DNA of 64,000 bases, from positions 16,533-80,532 of the forward strand of contig PBKD01000014.1 of NCBI GenBank assembly GCA_002722055.1, in the 5' to 3' direction. Each line of letters opens with the position of its first letter. Position 1 is the stretch's first letter. A program made the translations under genes and the position numbers. The stretch is from Rhodospirillaceae bacterium. Its GTDB lineage: Bacteria > Pseudomonadota > Alphaproteobacteria > SHVP01. Under the pieces are notes generated by a model. The model saw only the letters and a program-made list of their open reading frames with translations, was not told where the DNA came from and did no database searches. Shown here one piece after another: positions 59,504 to 64,000 of the stretch.

Positions 59504-61192
59504 ATGGAAAGTATTGATTATCAAGAAAAATTTTGGCGGAACCCAAAGAATTTAAAAAGAGACTATTCAGACTGTAGATTTGGCCAAATTCACTACAGAA
59601 TTGTTTCAAATAACGATTCAAGTAAAAGACCTTTAATATGCTTTCACTTAAGTCCAAACTCAAGCAGAGTTTATAATCCCATAATTTCTAAATTAGGTGA
59701 ACAAAGAACCTGTATAGCAGCAGATACTCCAGGTTTTGGTGAGTCAGATTCACCAATCTCTCCGCCAAACATTCAAGACTATGCCGCATCTATGGGTGAA
59801 CTAGTTGATAACCTTAATTTTAAAGAAATTGATGTTATGGGCTATCATACAGGAAGTAAAATTGCTCTAACTTTAGCATTACAAAGACCAAAACAAATAA
59901 AAAAAATTATCCTTATTTCAGCACCAGTATATTCAGATGAGGAACTAAAGAATCAAAAACTTACAATGGGGCATAAAAAAGTAGATCAATCATTTGATGA
60001 TGGAAATCATTTAAAAAAGAGATGGTATGGACACCTCAAGTGGGTTGATAAAGATGCACCTGTGATATTTACGCATAGAGAAGTAGTAGAGTCCCTAAGA
60101 GGTGGTGAAAATTCTTGGTGGGGCCATAGAGCAGCTTTCGAGGTGAGCCATAAAGACTTGATACCTAAAATAGAACAACCCATTTTAATTTTATGTCCAA
60201 ATGATGATTTATTAGAACCAACACTTAGAGCAGAAAAATTATTGAATAGAGGCGAGTTAGTCAGATTAGATGACTGCTCTCATGGTATGTTTGAAACAAA
60301 AAGTAAAAAAATTTCAAAAGTAATTAATAAATTTTTGGATACAAAATTAGTTGAGCATGAGATAACAAAACAAATAATTACACCAGATTCAGAATCAAAG
60401 AATTTAAAAAAAGTAAAAAAAAATTATATAGATTCTTTATATGGACAACTTCATTATCGAAAAGCTGGCACTCTAACATCATCACCTCCTCTTATCTGTT
60501 TTCATATGAGCCCTAACTCAGGAAAAATTTATGAAAAATTTATGAAAGAGATGAGCAAAGATAGAATTATCTACGCTCCAGATACACCTGGTTTTGGGGA
60601 ATCAGACCCTCCATTTCAAGAACCATCTATAGAAGATTACGCAAAAACAATGTCTGATTTCATTGATAAACTAGGCCTTAAAAAAATTGATTTAATTGGT
60701 TATCATACAGGTTCAATTACATGCATTGCACTAGCAATTTTGAGACCAGACATAATAAGAAGAATAATACAAATATCCTGCCCAATATATAATAAAGATG
60801 AACTAGAAATTAGGAAAAATAATTACCAGAGACAACCCATTAAAAAAAATGGTGATCATTTAATTAATAAATGGAAATTTATGTTACCATTTTATGGAAA
60901 AAAAACTCCAAGATCTATTTTAATAAGAAATTTTTCTGAAGGTTTAAGAGGAGGCCCTTTTTCTCATTGGGGACATAAAGCAGCCTTTAATTATGATTTA
61001 AAAAATAACATCCAAAAAATAAATAATCCAATTCTGATAGTTAATCCAAATGATGATCTGGTAAAACAAACTCCAAGGGGGGTAAAATTTGCAAAAAATG
61101 CAACCTTATTTGAAATCAAAGAGTACGGTCATGGTTTTCTTGATATTATTACTGAAAAGTTCTCTGCAAAAGTAAGAGAGTTTCTGAGTTAA
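59504..61192 (+). CDS. Tandem alpha/beta-hydrolase-fold protein (two domains, atypical GYHTG elbow)
   Basis: Repeated GQ.HYR, PLICFH.SPNS, DTPGFGESD, GYHTGS, PNDDL and HG motifs in both halves. Confidence 0.88.
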   Translation: MESIDYQEKFWRNPKNLKRDYSDCRFGQIHYRIVSNNDSSKRPLICFHLSPNSSRVYNPIISKLGEQRTCIAADTPGFGESDSPISPPNIQDYAASMGELVDNLNFKEIDVMGYHTGSKIALTLALQRPKQIKKIILISAPVYSDEELKNQKLTMGHKKVDQSFDDGNHLKKRWYGHLKWVDKDAPVIFTHREVVESLRGGENSWWGHRAAFEVSHKDLIPKIEQPILILCPNDDLLEPTLRAEKLLNRGELVRLDDCSHGMFETKSKKISKVINKFLDTKLVEHEITKQIITPDSESKNLKKVKKNYIDSLYGQLHYRKAGTLTSSPPLICFHMSPNSGKIYEKFMKEMSKDRIIYAPDTPGFGESDPPFQEPSIEDYAKTMSDFIDKLGLKKIDLIGYHTGSITCIALAILRPDIIRRIIQISCPIYNKDELEIRKNNYQRQPIKKNGDHLINKWKFMLPFYGKKTPRSILIRNFSEGLRGGPFSHWGHKAAFNYDLKNNIQKINNPILIVNPNDDLVKQTPRGVKFAKNATLFEIKEYGHGFLDIITEKFSAKVREFLS

Positions 61193-61215
61193 TTTACTCA
61201 ACAATGAAAAAAATT

Positions 61216-61662
61216 TTACTTGACTTTTTTTTCCTGAATTATTGTTCTTTGAAAACATCTATCATCCTTAAACCAATGCCATGTTCTAGTTCTAAAAGAA
61301 TCATCTGAGCTAATTTGTATAAGTTCATATAAGTAAGATGTAGGTATATCTTTTCGAGTCCATGTTAAAGCTAAGGAACGGTTATCTAGTTCCCAAACAG
61401 ACCCATATATCCTATCATTATCAAACCAAATTCTTTTATCTTTATATGTCCCAGGGAAATGTATCTCTTCTTTCTTTCCATCTTTCCATGAATATCTATT
61501 TATTTGATAATACGGGTTTGGGCCATGGTCTGGAAAACTACAAGATAATTGAGCTCTGTGAGTATCAATTATCTCTCCCTTGATATTTAAATGTATGTAA
61601 CTGCCATCCCAATCACCCTCATGTCTGTACATAACAGGCATCATTTTTTTAATTTCATTCAT
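61216..61662 (-). CDS. DUF3598-like / calycin-type beta-barrel protein
   Basis: HEGDWDG N-terminal G.W motif, beta-rich sequence, E.I......R.RTW.W and I.E C-terminus; GGAGG RBS; family judged by eye. Confidence 0.65.
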   Translation of the reverse strand: MNEIKKMMPVMYRHEGDWDGSYIHLNIKGEIIDTHRAQLSCSFPDHGPNPYYQINRYSWKDGKKEEIHFPGTYKDKRIWFDNDRIYGSVWELDNRSLALTWTRKDIPTSYLYELIQISSDDSFRTRTWHWFKDDRCFQRTIIQEKKVK

Positions 61663-61731
61663 AATAAACCTCCGTATATTAAGTAAAATAAATAAATATT
61701 AAAATTTAGACAAGACTCTTTCGTTTCATCT

Positions 61732-61760
61732 TTGCATTAATTTGTACAGAGGGTTAGAAT
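61732..61760 (+). promoter_or_regulatory. Candidate sigma70-type promoter of the methyltransferase operon
   Basis: TTGCAT-N17-TAGAAT, 35 nt upstream of ATG 61796. Confidence 0.55.
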
Positions 61761-61795
61761 ACTGATCTAATTTAAATATTTATTAGGAATTATAA

Positions 61796-62989
61796 ATGAC
61801 CAGATATGTTCAACATGGCCTTAAAGTAAAATCTAAACCAGATGAAATTGCTAGACAGAATTTTATGCTCAATATGAGAAGCTATGTTATGCTTGATATG
61901 GCTATGGGTATGAAAAAAATTTATGATAATAATATTGAACCAAATTTCAAAAAATTAAATAAAAGAAAACCAAAAAATGGTGATGAAATTCATAAAACAA
62001 TCAAAAAAGATACATATTTTAAATTTTATTCATCAATCAGATGCAATGCTCAGGAAATGGTATTCAGATCAGTTATTCCTCCAATTGAAAGGTCAATGAT
62101 AGATCTCAAGAAAAAAGCTAAGAAGCTATCAACTTCAAAAAAAGCTAATGGTAGTTTAAAAATTGATAAAAAACTAACTATTCCAAAGAGTGTTTCTGCA
62201 TTAGATGTTCATCTTATGCCAGGTTGCTACCATTCAGAACACTCAGAAAATGATCTAACTCAAGGAGCACTTTACGATAATGGTGTTTCAGTATTTAGTA
62301 TGGGTTTTTTTGGAGAAAAATTAGATGATATTGGAAGTTCAATTTCACTGTTTATAAAAAAGAAATATCCAAAATTTAAACCAGTTAGAATCTTAGATCT
62401 TGGTTGTACTGTTGGCCATAACACCCTGCCTTGGAATAAGGTTTACCCAAAAGCAGAAATTCATGCAGTAGATGTGGGAGCACCAGTATTGAGATACGGT
62501 CATGCTAGAGCACAATCAGAGGGAATAAGTGTACATTTCCATCAACAAAATGCAGAAAAAACTAATTTTGAAAATAATAGTTTTGATCTTGTATTTTCTT
62601 CTATGTTTTTACACGAAGTCCCAAAAAAAGGTATTAAACAAATTATAAGGGAAGCCAAAAGGCTTTTGAAACCTGGTGGACTTATGCTTCATATGGAATT
62701 ACCTCCAAATAAAATGCTTGATGCCTATAATAGTTTCTATCTTGATTGGGATAGCTATTATAATAAAGAACCTTACTATAAAACCTTTAGAGATATGATA
62801 CCTGAAAAAGTATGTTCCGAGGCTGGTTTCTCAAAAAATAAATTTGTTCAATTTATTATTCCTAGTATTGGACAGTTTGGAGAAGAAGAGATAATCAAAT
62901 CTGTAAATTCTCAAAATGGTAATGTAGATGATAGAACTGGTCGTTTCACCAAAGGTATCCATTGGTATTGTTTCGGATCATGGAAATAA
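61796..62989 (+). CDS. Class I SAM-dependent methyltransferase with long N-terminal extension (paralogue B)
   Basis: ILDLGCTVG, AVDVG, FDLVFSSMFLHE, RLLKPGG; colinear with 20155-21276. Confidence 0.86.
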   Translation: MTRYVQHGLKVKSKPDEIARQNFMLNMRSYVMLDMAMGMKKIYDNNIEPNFKKLNKRKPKNGDEIHKTIKKDTYFKFYSSIRCNAQEMVFRSVIPPIERSMIDLKKKAKKLSTSKKANGSLKIDKKLTIPKSVSALDVHLMPGCYHSEHSENDLTQGALYDNGVSVFSMGFFGEKLDDIGSSISLFIKKKYPKFKPVRILDLGCTVGHNTLPWNKVYPKAEIHAVDVGAPVLRYGHARAQSEGISVHFHQQNAEKTNFENNSFDLVFSSMFLHEVPKKGIKQIIREAKRLLKPGGLMLHMELPPNKMLDAYNSFYLDWDSYYNKEPYYKTFRDMIPEKVCSEAGFSKNKFVQFIIPSIGQFGEEEIIKSVNSQNGNVDDRTGRFTKGIHWYCFGSWK

Positions 62990-62992
62990 ATT

Positions 62993-63331
62993 ATGTCAGA
63001 AAATGATAATAAACTTCGTTATTCTGTAAGAGGAAAAAAATCTAGATTTTTTGAATCAGACGGTGTTGATGAACTTGTTTCAATATGTATGTCTATTGCT
63101 CAGGAACTTTGGGTGGTTAAGGAGGAATTAGCACTTTTAAAAAATTTAACTTTAGAAAAAGGTCTACTAACAAAAAAAGAATTAGAAAACTTTAAATTTA
63201 CTGTTAAACAAAAAACAGAATTAGATAATGAAAATAAAGACTTTATAGACAGAGTATTTTTCACACTAAGAGAGAGTGTTGAGTCAGTTGATTCAAACCA
63301 TGACGAACCAAACCCACCTCCTATTCCATAA
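62993..63331 (+). CDS. Hypothetical helical protein coupled to the methyltransferase
   Basis: 112-aa ORF starting 3 nt after the methyltransferase stop; RGKK.RFF...VD.L.S..MS.AQEL.V..E. Confidence 0.75.
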   Translation: MSENDNKLRYSVRGKKSRFFESDGVDELVSICMSIAQELWVVKEELALLKNLTLEKGLLTKKELENFKFTVKQKTELDNENKDFIDRVFFTLRESVESVDSNHDEPNPPPIP

Positions 63332-63332
63332 A

Positions 63333-64000
63333 TTAAAAATATTTTTTAATAAATAAATCTATTTCATTAGCCATTTTTCTAGGCTGATCCTGACTGACTC
63401 TATGATTAGATCCGCTAATAGTTCTTTCATGGCTTATACTTATCAAGTCAGATAATTTTTTTGACTTTTCTTTAGGGAAAACATCTGATTTTTCTCCACG
63501 AAGTATAAGAGTTGGGCACTTTATATCAATCTCATCCCATATTTCTCTCTCTAATTCAGACTCAGTTTTTTTAACACCTGGTGGATAATATAGCCATTGA
63601 TATGTATTATTCTCCATTAATTTGAAGCTATACTTTGAATAATGATCCTTCATTTCATCTGACCATAATTCACTAAAAGGCATAGAATTTCTTGCAACTT
63701 CCAAATTTTTAAATTGAAAAGAGTTAATGATTTCCTTTTGCACATTTTCACTTATTGTTTTATCAAGTGATAATCCAGGATCAGCAACAACTATCGCTTC
63801 AACTAAATCTTGAAATTTAGACGCAAAGAGAATGGCAATATTTCCTCCAGTAGCCGCGCCAACTAAAATAATTTTTTTCAAAGACAATTTATTACAAAAA
63901 ATTTCAAGATCTTTTAAGTAATCATTTATTAGATAATTATTTTCTGGATAATCAGATAAGCCATGTCCTCTTGCATCCCAAGCAATGAACCTATTATCAA
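63333..64000 (-). CDS. Alpha/beta-hydrolase-fold protein with GAATG elbow (5' end beyond window)
   Basis: The frame stays open to the window edge (…FIAWDARGHGLSD…); LVGAATGG, CPTLILRGEKSD, SNH.V..DQP. Confidence 0.85.
   Translation of the reverse strand, partial: DNRFIAWDARGHGLSDYPENNYLINDYLKDLEIFCNKLSLKKIILVGAATGGNIAILFASKFQDLVEAIVVADPGLSLDKTISENVQKEIINSFQFKNLEVARNSMPFSELWSDEMKDHYSKYSFKLMENNTYQWLYYPPGVKKTESELEREIWDEIDIKCPTLILRGEKSDVFPKEKSKKLSDLISISHERTISGSNHRVSQDQPRKMANEIDLFIKKYF

Noticed and set aside
1087..61583. Short antisense or nested ORFs in the track (e.g. 1087-1290, 11739-12071, 17403-17792, 30274-30621, 38463-38759, 48772-49128, 57963-58274)
   Set aside because: They overlap well-supported genes and have no recognisable motifs; shadow ORFs
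1..64000. tRNA/rRNA genes, IS elements, prophage, defence systems
   Set aside because: Intergenic gaps are short and AT-rich with no cloverleaf-like segments, and no transposase, integrase, phage or nuclease ORFs were recognised; a covariance-model scan would be needed to exclude small RNAs

Overview
64 kb of very AT-rich, gene-dense chromosome from an alphaproteobacterium (ctrA-chpT-DUF3553, rapZ, soxBDAG, TRAP and peptide-type ABC importers). A streamlined marine Rhodospirillales-like lineage is my inference. I found no rRNA, tRNA, CRISPR array, IS or phage genes. The window holds housekeeping genes (ctrA, chpT, mobA, moaA, NAD kinase, sufE, PCu(A)C/SCO, rapZ, sixA), a phosphate/arsenate theme (Pit, Nudix, a PhoR-like PAS remnant, GAPDH-ArsJ) and many catabolic genes with no recognisable local DNA-binding regulator. 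The best candidate for an undescribed system is a catabolic gene set apparently split over two loci (about 14-22 kb and 52-64 kb) and linked by two paralogous ~380-aa methyltransferases. It includes three alpha/beta-hydrolase domains lacking the Ser nucleophile (GYHTG twice, GAATG), a two-domain nitrilase with a Cys-less second domain, a DUF3598-like beta-barrel, a FAD monooxygenase, a CE4 deacetylase and a VOC-like protein. Its substrate is unknown; an N-heterocycle or linear tetrapyrrole is a hypothesis. A second notable item is an Opp-type importer with a coherently degenerate ATPase site. All family calls come from motif recognition by eye, not database searches.
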